In this document: positions 7,694 through 15,506 of the stretch, one piece after another
How the letters are laid out: the number at the start of each line of letters is the position of its first letter
Position numbering within the stretch: the first letter of the stretch is position 1
Assembly (NCBI GenBank): GCA_041548245.1
Contig: JBFESZ010000043.1
Location: 1 to 15,506 of the forward strand
Length of the DNA stretch: 15,506 nt
From: Sulfurimonadaceae bacterium
Lineage (GTDB): Bacteria > Campylobacterota > Campylobacteria > Campylobacterales > Sulfurimonadaceae
Direction: 5' to 3'
The notes under the pieces: model-generated
Seen by the model: the letters and a program-made list of their open reading frames with translations, nothing else
Told to the model about the DNA's origin: nothing
Databases searched by the model: none
Program-made: the position numbers and the translations under genes

Positions 7694-9943
7694 ATGGTAA
7701 ATTTTACAATTAACGGTCAAGCTGTCTCTTGTGAACAGGGTGAGACAATATTAACGGTTGCTCGTCGCAACAATATCTATATACCGACAATGTGTTATCT
7801 GCAAAAGACGACACCGTGTGCATCATGTCGTCTATGTTCAGTTGAAGCTGAAGGCGTGGATGGGTTTGTTCTTTCATGCCAAGCGCCTGCAACAGAAGGC
7901 TTGGCTGTTATTACCGACTCTGAGTCTTTGCACACGGAACGCACTAATATTATGCGTATGTATGATGTGAATCATCCACTTGAGTGCGGTGTATGCGATA
8001 AATCAGGTGCTTGTGACCTTCAAAACAAGACCTTAGAGTTTGATGTCTCTTCACAGCTGTTCACAGCAAAAGATCAGCCACGTCAGATTGATCATTGGGG
8101 GAAGATCAATTATGATCCAAACCTTTGTATCTTATGTGAGAAATGTACACATGTGTGTAATGAAGTTATTGGTGATGATGCGATTGATCTACTTTTTGGA
8201 GGATATGGCTCAAAAGTTATTCCAAAGAATTCTGATACGTTGGATTGTACATATTGTGGTGAGTGTATTTCAGTGTGTCCGGTTGGAGCACTTATATCAG
8301 ACGACTTCCAATACACGTCCAATGCCTGGGAACTTAACAAAATTCCGGCAGCTTGTGCTCACTGTTCAGCAGCTTGTGCCTTAGAGTATGAAGTGAAGCA
8401 TGAAAGCATTGAGACGATGGACAAAGAGAAGATCTATCGTGTTACCAATGATTTTGAAGTTAACACATTATGTGGTGCAGGCCGTTTTGCATATGATTTT
8501 GAGAACTCAGTGTTTGAGAAGGACGAGATCGCCTTTAGCAAAGCAGTAAGTGCGATTAAATCAGGTGCTGTACGTTTTACTTCTTTGATTACGAATGAAG
8601 AGGCTCTGATCCTGCAAAGAGTGAAAGAAAAACTTGGGATCAAACTATTTAATGAAGAAGCACGTAAGTTCAAAAAGTTCTTGAATGCGTTTTCTACAAC
8701 TTCAGGAAATGCATTGTACACGGCAACACTTGATGATATTAGAAAATCAAATGCGGTGATCGTTATCGGGACAAGAATAGTGACAGACAACCCGGCAGTG
8801 CGTTATGCGATAACAACAGCACATAGGCACAATGGAGCGAAAGTTTCATATATGCACCCACTTGAAGATGCATACATGAAGAACACAGCTACACAGTTCG
8901 TTAAGTACGAGGTCGGTACAGAAGAGGGTGTTATGGCTCTCTTGGCCAAGACACTAATAGATGGCAGTAGTTTATCTGCAGAGAACAAATCGTTCTTCGA
9001 TGCTTTGGATGAGGGCTACTTAGAAGCTGAATCGAACGTTGGAAGCGAAGAGATGAGTATGCTTAGTAAGAATCTCACGCGAGCTAAAAAGCGTACATTG
9101 GTGTTAGGAGCTGATTTAATTGCACATGACAGAGCTGAAAACATTGCACGCCTTGCCGGTTTAATAGAAAAGCATACAGAGTTCAAGGTTATGATAGTGT
9201 CTCCTTCTACGAACACATTGGGTGTTAGCCTTATCTGTGAACTGGATGAAGATAAGAGCGGTGCAAGTGCAGTAGGCTATAACACCAAAGGTGATTTCGT
9301 TCTGTCATCATATGGAAATGGTCAGTTAGATATGCCGTCACTAAATCAGCAAGAGGGCACATTCACTTCGATCGATAAGCGTGTGATTCCGACAAATGTT
9401 GCACTTGGATATAACGGATATGTGTTAAATGATCTAGCCAATGCATTGGGTGTAAATGCAAAATACACTATAGATTATACACAGTATCTTCCTCAAGAGT
9501 CAGGGTATAAAGCCGTTGCATTTGATGACTTGGAAGTCCGTTATGCAAATGAGATTAAAGACAGTCGTGGTTATGAATTGGATAACAAAAGCGTTGTTGC
9601 AAATGGAACACTAGAACAAGTTTCAGAGCTTCCTGAGTTTAACGGTACGGTACTATACAACTGTAACCCGGTGTTACAGTTTACTCCGAATACACACAAG
9701 GCGCATCAATTAGATGATGAAGCTTCACTTGTAGGTTCAGAGCAGTTCGCTATTGCTGCAAAGCTTCAAGATGGAGACAGTGTAGAGTTTAATTTCGCTG
9801 GAACTACGCAAAGCCGTATTTTTAGAATCGATACAGAACTAAAAGGGACAATCGCCTTAAACCCAAGCTTTGATTTGGGGCTTAACGCTATCTCTAGTGA
9901 ATATCGTTATCAAGCAGTAAAAATTTCAAAGGTAGGAAGTTAA
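7694..9943 (+). CDS. nuoG: Complex I subunit G paralog 1 (short, SfrA-like N-terminus)
   Basis: [2Fe-2S] motif IPTMC...CRLC...SC; HPLECGVCDKSGAC (N5); CILCEKCTHVC...CTYCGECISVCP; CAHCSAAC...LCGAGR (N7); degenerate molybdopterin-enzyme-like C-terminal fold. ATG at 7694 is preferred over TTG at 7691 because GGAGG lies at 7685-7689. Confidence 0.88.
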   Translation: MVNFTINGQAVSCEQGETILTVARRNNIYIPTMCYLQKTTPCASCRLCSVEAEGVDGFVLSCQAPATEGLAVITDSESLHTERTNIMRMYDVNHPLECGVCDKSGACDLQNKTLEFDVSSQLFTAKDQPRQIDHWGKINYDPNLCILCEKCTHVCNEVIGDDAIDLLFGGYGSKVIPKNSDTLDCTYCGECISVCPVGALISDDFQYTSNAWELNKIPAACAHCSAACALEYEVKHESIETMDKEKIYRVTNDFEVNTLCGAGRFAYDFENSVFEKDEIAFSKAVSAIKSGAVRFTSLITNEEALILQRVKEKLGIKLFNEEARKFKKFLNAFSTTSGNALYTATLDDIRKSNAVIVIGTRIVTDNPAVRYAITTAHRHNGAKVSYMHPLEDAYMKNTATQFVKYEVGTEEGVMALLAKTLIDGSSLSAENKSFFDALDEGYLEAESNVGSEEMSMLSKNLTRAKKRTLVLGADLIAHDRAENIARLAGLIEKHTEFKVMIVSPSTNTLGVSLICELDEDKSGASAVGYNTKGDFVLSSYGNGQLDMPSLNQQEGTFTSIDKRVIPTNVALGYNGYVLNDLANALGVNAKYTIDYTQYLPQESGYKAVAFDDLEVRYANEIKDSRGYELDNKSVVANGTLEQVSELPEFNGTVLYNCNPVLQFTPNTHKAHQLDDEASLVGSEQFAIAAKLQDGDSVEFNFAGTTQSRIFRIDTELKGTIALNPSFDLGLNAISSEYRYQAVKISKVGS

Positions 9944-9945
9944 TA

Positions 9946-12435
9946 ATGAGTAATGTAACAATTACGATTGACGGACAGGAGATTGAAACACAGGAGGGCG
10001 AGTTTGTACTCAATGCCGCTCGTGCCAATGATATCTTTATTCCGGCAATCTGTTATCTGACGCGTTGTAGTCCTACATTGGCATGTCGTATCTGTTTAGT
10101 TGAAGCAGACGGTAAGCAGGTGTATGCATGTAATGCAAAAGCAAAAGACGGAATGCAGATAACTACATCTACGGAAAACATCGAGTTGGAACGTAGAGCA
10201 ATTATGGAAGTGTATGATGTTAATCATCCGCTTCAATGTGGTGTGTGTGACCAATCAGGCGAGTGTGAACTTCAGAACTATACATTGGAAATGGCTGTTG
10301 ACTCTCAGAGCTATTCTATACCTGATGTAGCACGTCCTGTATTGGATTGGGGACACATTCACTACGATGCGGGACTTTGTATTGTATGTGAGCGTTGTGT
10401 AACAGTCTGTAAAGATATGATTGGTGACAACTCACTGACAACGATTCCTCGCGGTTCAGAGGCAATTGCCAATGAACATAAAGAATCTATGCCTAAAGAC
10501 GCTTATGCGATGTGGAATAAATTGAACAAGTCAATTATCGGTCTGACAGCCGGTGGCGACATGCTTGATTGTACATCATGTGGTGAGTGTGCTGCTGTCT
10601 GTCCAGTCGGTGCACTGGTGAATACAGACTACATGTACACATCAAACTCATGGGAGTTGAATAGAGTCCCTTCGACGTGTACACACTGTTCTGCAGGTTG
10701 TCAAATCAGTTATGATGTGAAACATGAATCAATCGCAAATCCAGAAGACAAGATTTACCGCGTGACCAATGAATGGAACTATGTTTCGCTTTGTGGCGCT
10801 GGACGTTATGGTTATGATTATGAGAACAGGGGTGTAGCAAAAGATGAGATAGCATTTGCTAATGCTGTTGAAGCTTTCAAGAAAGCAGACACCATCAAGT
10901 TTACATCGACGATTACAAATGAAGAGGCTTATATTCTTCAAACTCTTAAAGAGAAGCATGGCTATAAACTTATCAATCCGGAAGCCAAAGCTTTCCAAAA
11001 CTTCTTGAATGACTATTCAGAGATTTCTGGAACAGCTTTATATGGATCAGACCTAAAAGTAGCGCATGATTCGAACTTTATCGTTTCTGTCGGTACAGCG
11101 TTAAAGACAGATAATCCGAATGCACGTTATGCATTTAATAACTCGATGACGATGAACAAGGGTGCAGGTCTTTATTTCCATCCGGTAGTTGATCCTGTCA
11201 TTGATCAGATGGGCAAATCGGTGATGAGTATCAATCATGCACCACTTCAGGAAGAGGCTGTACTTTATCTTTTGCTTGATCTTTTCGCGGACAAAGAGAA
11301 ACTTCCAACATCTATCGTTGAGTATCTTGCCGGTTTCCACTCTATGAAGACAATAACGGTTGAAGAGACGATCAAAGAAAAAGTCGTTGAGATCGTTAAA
11401 GAGATGAAGATCAACGAAGAGACAGGTGAAGAAGAGGAAGTTGAAGTCGAGAAGTCTAAGATGGTTCCTAAGAAGGTCTCCAAAGAAGTTGAAGTGGATG
11501 AAAACCGCCTACTTGAGATCTTGAACGCGCCGAAAGACTTTACTGAGAAAATGGAAAAGTTCTTAGCTAAAAAAGATGCATTCTCGCTAATCGTTGGACC
11601 GGACCTCTATACGCATCCGGCTTCTAGAAATCTTGCGCGCCTGTGTGCATTGATCGAGAAATACACAGCTTTTGAGTTGGTGATGATTCCTACCTTGACA
11701 AACTCACTTGGGGTAACTCAGATCTGTGATCTGGATGATGAAGCAGGTTCATACTCTGTTGGTTATAACACGGAAGCTGACTTTGTCCTTTCTGCTCTTG
11801 GCAATGGTGACTTGGATATGCCGGCAATGAATCAGCAAGAGGGGACAATGACATCGATCAACAAGCGTGTCAATCCTGCAAATGCTGCTCTTGGTTATGG
11901 AGGTTATGTGCTTAATGACCTGGCAAATGCACTTGGTCTTAATGCTGCACTTACAGTTGATTACACGGAACAACTTCCGACAGCGAAAGGTTTTAAAGCT
12001 GAGAAGTTTGATAACCTGCCTAACCATTATGAGAATGACGGTACGGAAAAACGCGGATATGTTCTTGAAAACGTTGCAGCCAAGATAAGCGGTGATGAAA
12101 GTGTACTTCCATTTGATGAGGGTGTCAAAATCTCTGAGAAGGCACTTTATCTTGCTAATCCTGTGCGTCAGTTCTCTGACTTTACGGCGAAAGCACATCA
12201 ATCTAAAGAGAAACCAGGTTTACATGCGTCCAAGTCTTATTTGGATGCAAATGAGTTGAACGAAGGCGATAAGGTTAAGGTTAAGACAGCTAAAGGCGAA
12301 GTGGAAGTTGAAGTTTCGCATGACCACTTTATCGATGGTGAGATCGCATATCTGACTACATTTGATTCTAAACTAAAATCAGAGGCATTGTTTGACGGGT
12401 ACCGTTTTACAACAGCTTCAATTGAAAGGGTATAA
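9946..12435 (+). CDS. nuoG: Complex I subunit G paralog 2 (long, typical Campylobacterota type)
   Basis: Same set of Fe-S motifs (IPAIC...CRIC...AC; HPLQCGVCDQSGEC; CIVCERCVTVC...CTSCGECAAVCP; CTHCSAGC...LCGAGR) plus two insertions relative to paralog 1. Directly upstream of nuoH. Confidence 0.93.
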   Translation: MSNVTITIDGQEIETQEGEFVLNAARANDIFIPAICYLTRCSPTLACRICLVEADGKQVYACNAKAKDGMQITTSTENIELERRAIMEVYDVNHPLQCGVCDQSGECELQNYTLEMAVDSQSYSIPDVARPVLDWGHIHYDAGLCIVCERCVTVCKDMIGDNSLTTIPRGSEAIANEHKESMPKDAYAMWNKLNKSIIGLTAGGDMLDCTSCGECAAVCPVGALVNTDYMYTSNSWELNRVPSTCTHCSAGCQISYDVKHESIANPEDKIYRVTNEWNYVSLCGAGRYGYDYENRGVAKDEIAFANAVEAFKKADTIKFTSTITNEEAYILQTLKEKHGYKLINPEAKAFQNFLNDYSEISGTALYGSDLKVAHDSNFIVSVGTALKTDNPNARYAFNNSMTMNKGAGLYFHPVVDPVIDQMGKSVMSINHAPLQEEAVLYLLLDLFADKEKLPTSIVEYLAGFHSMKTITVEETIKEKVVEIVKEMKINEETGEEEEVEVEKSKMVPKKVSKEVEVDENRLLEILNAPKDFTEKMEKFLAKKDAFSLIVGPDLYTHPASRNLARLCALIEKYTAFELVMIPTLTNSLGVTQICDLDDEAGSYSVGYNTEADFVLSALGNGDLDMPAMNQQEGTMTSINKRVNPANAALGYGGYVLNDLANALGLNAALTVDYTEQLPTAKGFKAEKFDNLPNHYENDGTEKRGYVLENVAAKISGDESVLPFDEGVKISEKALYLANPVRQFSDFTAKAHQSKEKPGLHASKSYLDANELNEGDKVKVKTAKGEVEVEVSHDHFIDGEIAYLTTFDSKLKSEALFDGYRFTTASIERV

Positions 12436-12437
12436 AT

Positions 12438-13421
12438 ATGGATACAGCATATATAATTGAGACGATCATCAAGATCGTTGTCATTTTAACTGTGTTTTCT
12501 GCGCTTGCAGGTCTTGGGACCTATTTTGAGCGTAAGGTACTTGCGTTTATGCAAAGACGTCTTGGGCCAATGGTCGTTGGACCTTACGGTCTTGCGCAGG
12601 TAGCTGCGGACGGTATCAAACTGTTCACAAAAGAGGATATCATCCCAACTAATGTTGTCGCACGTATCTTCAAGATAGCTCCTATTATTACGGCAGCAAC
12701 TGCTTTTATGGCGGCAGCAGCGATTCCATTTATGCCTTCTTTCACTATTGGTGATTATACGGTAAACCCTATTGTCGCTGATGTCAATGTCGGTGTTTTA
12801 TATGTATTGGCGGTTATGGCTGTAGGTCTTTATGGACCGCTACTTGGTGGTATGGCATCTGCAAATAAATATTCACTTTTATCAGCAGCTCGTGGTGCGG
12901 CTGTGTTTATCTCTTATGAGGTGATCACAGGTCTTTCACTTCTTGCTCCATTGATGATGGTAGGTTCATTCTCACTGATTGACCTTAACAACTTTCAAAC
13001 TGAAGGTATGTGGATGGTGGTCTATCAGCCGGTTGCCATGGTTCTTTTCCTGATTGCAGGTTTCGCTGAGACAGGTCGTACACCTTTTCACCTGGTAGCT
13101 AATGATCATGAGATTATTGACGGTTTTGGTACTGAGTACTCTGGTATGCGTTGGGGTCTGTTCTTCATCGGTGAGTATGCCAATATGTTCTTCTATGCTT
13201 TCTTGATCTCTATCATCTTCTTTGGTGGTTTTGGAGACGGTAGTGTTGCGGGTGCTTTCGCTCTTCTTGGTAAAGTAGCGTTCTTTTTCTTCTTCTTCTT
13301 GTGGACACGCGCGGCGTGGCCAGATGTAAGACCAGATCAATTGATGTGGTTATGTTGGAAAGTATTAATGCCATTAGCGGTGATCAACGTTGTTATCACT
13401 GGCTTTGTGCTGATGTTTTAA
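12438..13421 (+). CDS. nuoH: Complex I subunit H
   Basis: ERKVLAFMQRRLGP, ADGIKLFTKED, SANKYS, ISYE, EYSGMRWG and RPDQLM motifs; about 8 hydrophobic segments. Confidence 0.97.
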   Translation: MDTAYIIETIIKIVVILTVFSALAGLGTYFERKVLAFMQRRLGPMVVGPYGLAQVAADGIKLFTKEDIIPTNVVARIFKIAPIITAATAFMAAAAIPFMPSFTIGDYTVNPIVADVNVGVLYVLAVMAVGLYGPLLGGMASANKYSLLSAARGAAVFISYEVITGLSLLAPLMMVGSFSLIDLNNFQTEGMWMVVYQPVAMVLFLIAGFAETGRTPFHLVANDHEIIDGFGTEYSGMRWGLFFIGEYANMFFYAFLISIIFFGGFGDGSVAGAFALLGKVAFFFFFFLWTRAAWPDVRPDQLMWLCWKVLMPLAVINVVITGFVLMF

Positions 13422-13430
13422 GGGTTGATG

Positions 13431-14063
13431 ATGAGTAAATTACCAAGTCTAGAGAATTTTAAAGATAGAAATGTAACTGAGGGATCAGCTTACTATAATA
13501 TTGATGGTGAAGATTATCCGACAACAGGTTGGGGAAAATTCAAACGTGTGGTAAACCGAACATTCAGATTAGAACTGTTTGTTGGGCTGTGGGTTGTGTT
13601 GCGTGAGATGTTCAAGTTTGACATCCATACGGTTCAATATCCTGCAGAGAAGTTGCCTATTGGTCCGCGTTACCGTGCTGTGCATGAGATGCAACGTCTT
13701 TGGGAGTCTGGTACAGAGCGTTGTATCGGATGTGGTCTTTGTGAAAAGATCTGTATCTCTGATTGTATTCGTATGGATACGAGAATCGATGAGAACTCTC
13801 GTAAAGAAGTAACGGAGTACACGATCAATCTTGGTCGTTGTATCTTCTGTGGGTATTGTGCAGAAGTCTGTCCTGAGCTTGCAATTGTTCACGGCGGTCG
13901 TTATGAGAATGTCTCTGAACAGAGAGCACACTATATCGGTTTTGAAGACATGTTGACACCACTTGATATGGCTATTCAAGGAAAAGTTCCTGAATACCCA
14001 GGTTTTGGTGCCATCACACCACATGAAGACGAGCGCGTTAAGAAAACGCCTCTAGCTTACTAA
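13431..14063 (+). CDS. nuoI: Complex I subunit I (2x[4Fe-4S], N6a/N6b)
   Basis: TVQYPAEK, RCIGCGLCEKIC and GRCIFCGYCAEVCPELAI motifs. The start is uncertain among 13425 (TTG), 13428 and 13431 (ATG); AAGGG spacing favours 13431. Confidence 0.96.
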   Translation: MSKLPSLENFKDRNVTEGSAYYNIDGEDYPTTGWGKFKRVVNRTFRLELFVGLWVVLREMFKFDIHTVQYPAEKLPIGPRYRAVHEMQRLWESGTERCIGCGLCEKICISDCIRMDTRIDENSRKEVTEYTINLGRCIFCGYCAEVCPELAIVHGGRYENVSEQRAHYIGFEDMLTPLDMAIQGKVPEYPGFGAITPHEDERVKKTPLAY

Positions 14064-14073
14064 GGAGATAGGA

Positions 14074-14637
14074 ATGTTTGAAGCAGCAGCTTTTTATTTG
14101 TTTGCATTTTTAACGATTGCAATGTTCTGGATCACAGTCACAACTAAGCACTCGTTATATGCATTGACAGCTTTGGCAGCGGGTATGATATTTATCTCTG
14201 CCTTTTTCTTTATCCTAGAAGCGGATTTCATGGGTGTCGTTCAGATCATCGTCTATTCAGGTGCGGTAATGGCACTTTATGCCTTTGGGATGATGTTCTT
14301 CGACACGACACGTGAACTTCATGAGAAAGCAAGCAGTGCCAAGGTAGTTTTCATACTGGGCGGCCTGTCTGCAATTTTAGTTGTATGTATGGTGACTGCA
14401 CCGATCATCGGTGGAAATATTGAAGCACACTATCCGATCGTTGAGGGTATTGGTAATTCTCAGGCAGTGGGTATGGTCCTTTTCACAAAGTATCTAGTGC
14501 CGTTCGAAGTTGCAGCTGTCATGTTGTTGGTAGCGATGATCGCCGGTATTATCATGGCTGGAAAAAAGATGGATGATTCATACTCTGAACTGAGTGAAGA
14601 TGAAATCGATAGAAAAAATGCGGAGGTTATTTCATAA
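14074..14637 (+). CDS. nuoJ: Complex I subunit J
   Basis: Five hydrophobic segments; LEADFMGVVQIIVYSGAVMAL and YLVPFEVAAVMLLVAMIAGI motifs; AAGGAG RBS. Confidence 0.96.
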   Translation: MFEAAAFYLFAFLTIAMFWITVTTKHSLYALTALAAGMIFISAFFFILEADFMGVVQIIVYSGAVMALYAFGMMFFDTTRELHEKASSAKVVFILGGLSAILVVCMVTAPIIGGNIEAHYPIVEGIGNSQAVGMVLFTKYLVPFEVAAVMLLVAMIAGIIMAGKKMDDSYSELSEDEIDRKNAEVIS

Positions 14638-14942
14638 TGGAAATCACTTTAACACATTATCTTGTGCTTTCAGCAGTCTTATTCTCAATCGGTCTGATCG
14701 GTGTTATGCGCCGTAAGAACCTTTTGATGCTGTTTTTTGCAACAGAGATTTTATTAAACTCAGTCAATGTCGCTCTAGTAGCGATTTCACACTATTATGG
14801 TGACTTCACAGGTCAGATGTTTGCATTCTTTATTATTGCGATCGCTGCATCAGAAGTAGCTGTTGGTCTTGGTCTTCTTGTATTGTGGTTTAAGCGTTAT
14901 AACACAATCGATCTTGATAACATGACATCGATGAAAGGTTAA
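14637..14942 (+). CDS. nuoK: Complex I subunit K
   Basis: 101 aa with three TM segments, RRKN, and conserved Glu in TEILLN and AASEVAVGL. TAATG overlap with nuoJ. Confidence 0.97.
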   Translation: MEITLTHYLVLSAVLFSIGLIGVMRRKNLLMLFFATEILLNSVNVALVAISHYYGDFTGQMFAFFIIAIAASEVAVGLGLLVLWFKRYNTIDLDNMTSMKG

Positions 14943-14947
14943 TGTAA

Positions 14948-15506
14948 ATGGAAATGTATTTATATATCGCACTTTTTGCTCCGCTGGTAGGTTCACTTAC
15001 AGCAGGACTTTTTGGTGCGTCTAAAAAGACCCTGTTCACAGGTCTCTTCGCGTCAGGGATGTTGTTTGCTTCTTTTATAAGCTCACTGCTACTTCTGATT
15101 CAAGTTCTTCAAGGCAATACTTACCATGTAGAGATGATGACATGGATCGCTACAGGTGATCTTTATGTTCCATTCGGTTTTGTCGTCAATGAAGTAACTG
15201 TTACGATGATGATGGTTGTTACAACAGTATCAACGGTTGTTCATGTGTATTCAATCGGTTACATGGATCATGACAAAGCGTTTAACCGTTTCTTTGCTTA
15301 TCTAAGTGCTTTCGTGTTCTCTATGATGGTACTTGTCATGAGTGACAACCTTCTTGGTCTTTTCATCGGTTGGGAAGGCGTTGGTGTGTGTTCATGGTTG
15401 CTTATCGGTTTTTGGTATCATAAAGAGAGTGCTACATGGGCAGCAAACGAAGCGTTCATTATGAACCGTATTGCTGACCTTGCAATACTTATCGGGATCT
15501 TTATTA
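14948..15506 (+). CDS. nuoL: Complex I subunit L (antiporter-like), 5' part only, truncated by the window end
   Basis: Absent from the ORF track because there is no stop in the window. My translation from ATG 14948 gives MEMYLYIALFAPLVGS...VHVYSIGYMDHDKAFNRFFAYL...SDNLLGLFIGWEGVGVCSWLLIGFWY...AFIMNRIADL, which carries the NuoL/ND5 signatures. Confidence 0.96.
   Translation, partial: MEMYLYIALFAPLVGSLTAGLFGASKKTLFTGLFASGMLFASFISSLLLLIQVLQGNTYHVEMMTWIATGDLYVPFGFVVNEVTVTMMMVVTTVSTVVHVYSIGYMDHDKAFNRFFAYLSAFVFSMMVLVMSDNLLGLFIGWEGVGVCSWLLIGFWYHKESATWAANEAFIMNRIADLAILIGIFI

Noticed and set aside
7694-9943. Recent horizontal acquisition of nuoG1, suggested by a few more ATA/AGA-type codons
   Set aside because: This is an impression only and was not quantified. 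There are no flanking repeats or mobility genes, spacing is tight, and the body is clearly paralogous to nuoG2.
7694-12435. Either NuoG copy as a formate dehydrogenase or [FeFe]-hydrogenase catalytic subunit, a pseudogene, or an assembly duplication
   Set aside because: No H-cluster motifs, no recognisable Mo/W-ligand Cys/Sec-His motif and no in-frame TGA. Both frames are intact, and the copies are strongly diverged at nucleotide level with different indels.
13281-13298. TTC-rich run in nuoH as a phase-variable repeat
   Set aside because: It encodes six Phe residues in a transmembrane helix using mixed TTC/TTT codons and stays in frame.
993-14024. Short alternative-frame and antisense ORFs in the track (60-151 aa, e.g. 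4774-5136, 8434-8790, 11749-12201, 12972-13340, 13569-14024)
   Set aside because: All lie within or across well-supported genes and show no recognisable motifs. They are consistent with shadow ORFs caused by codon bias.
1-15506. CRISPR arrays, insertion sequences, prophage or defence genes
   Set aside because: No regularly spaced repeats, terminal inverted repeats, transposase, integrase or nuclease motifs were seen. Nearly all sequence is accounted for by rRNA, the AAA gene and the nuo operon.

Overview
Core-genome window from a Campylobacterota (epsilonproteobacterial) chromosome, probably a Sulfurimonas/Sulfurovum-like organism (taxonomy inferred from protein style). All supported genes are on the + strand. 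The window holds the 3' end of an rRNA operon (23S tail and 5S), a stand-alone 578-aa AAA ATPase, and a complex I (nuo) operon: nuoA-B-C-D, a small Campylobacterota-type 'nuoE', an SfrB/GltD-like flavoprotein, two tandem nuoG paralogs, nuoH-I-J-K and a partial nuoL. The notable part is the electron-input module. There is no canonical NADH/FMN-binding NuoF, no [2Fe-2S] NuoE and no recognisable Cj1574c-type subunit. In their place sit a 678-aa FAD/NADPH-type Fe-S flavoprotein, which carries only the NuoF N3-cluster domain fused to a circularly permuted GltD core, and two differently specialised NuoG copies. The best hypothesis is a complex I with two input heads, one for NADP(H) and one for flavodoxin/ferredoxin. 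No mobile elements, CRISPR arrays or tRNAs were seen. Family assignments come from motif recognition and recall, not from database searches.
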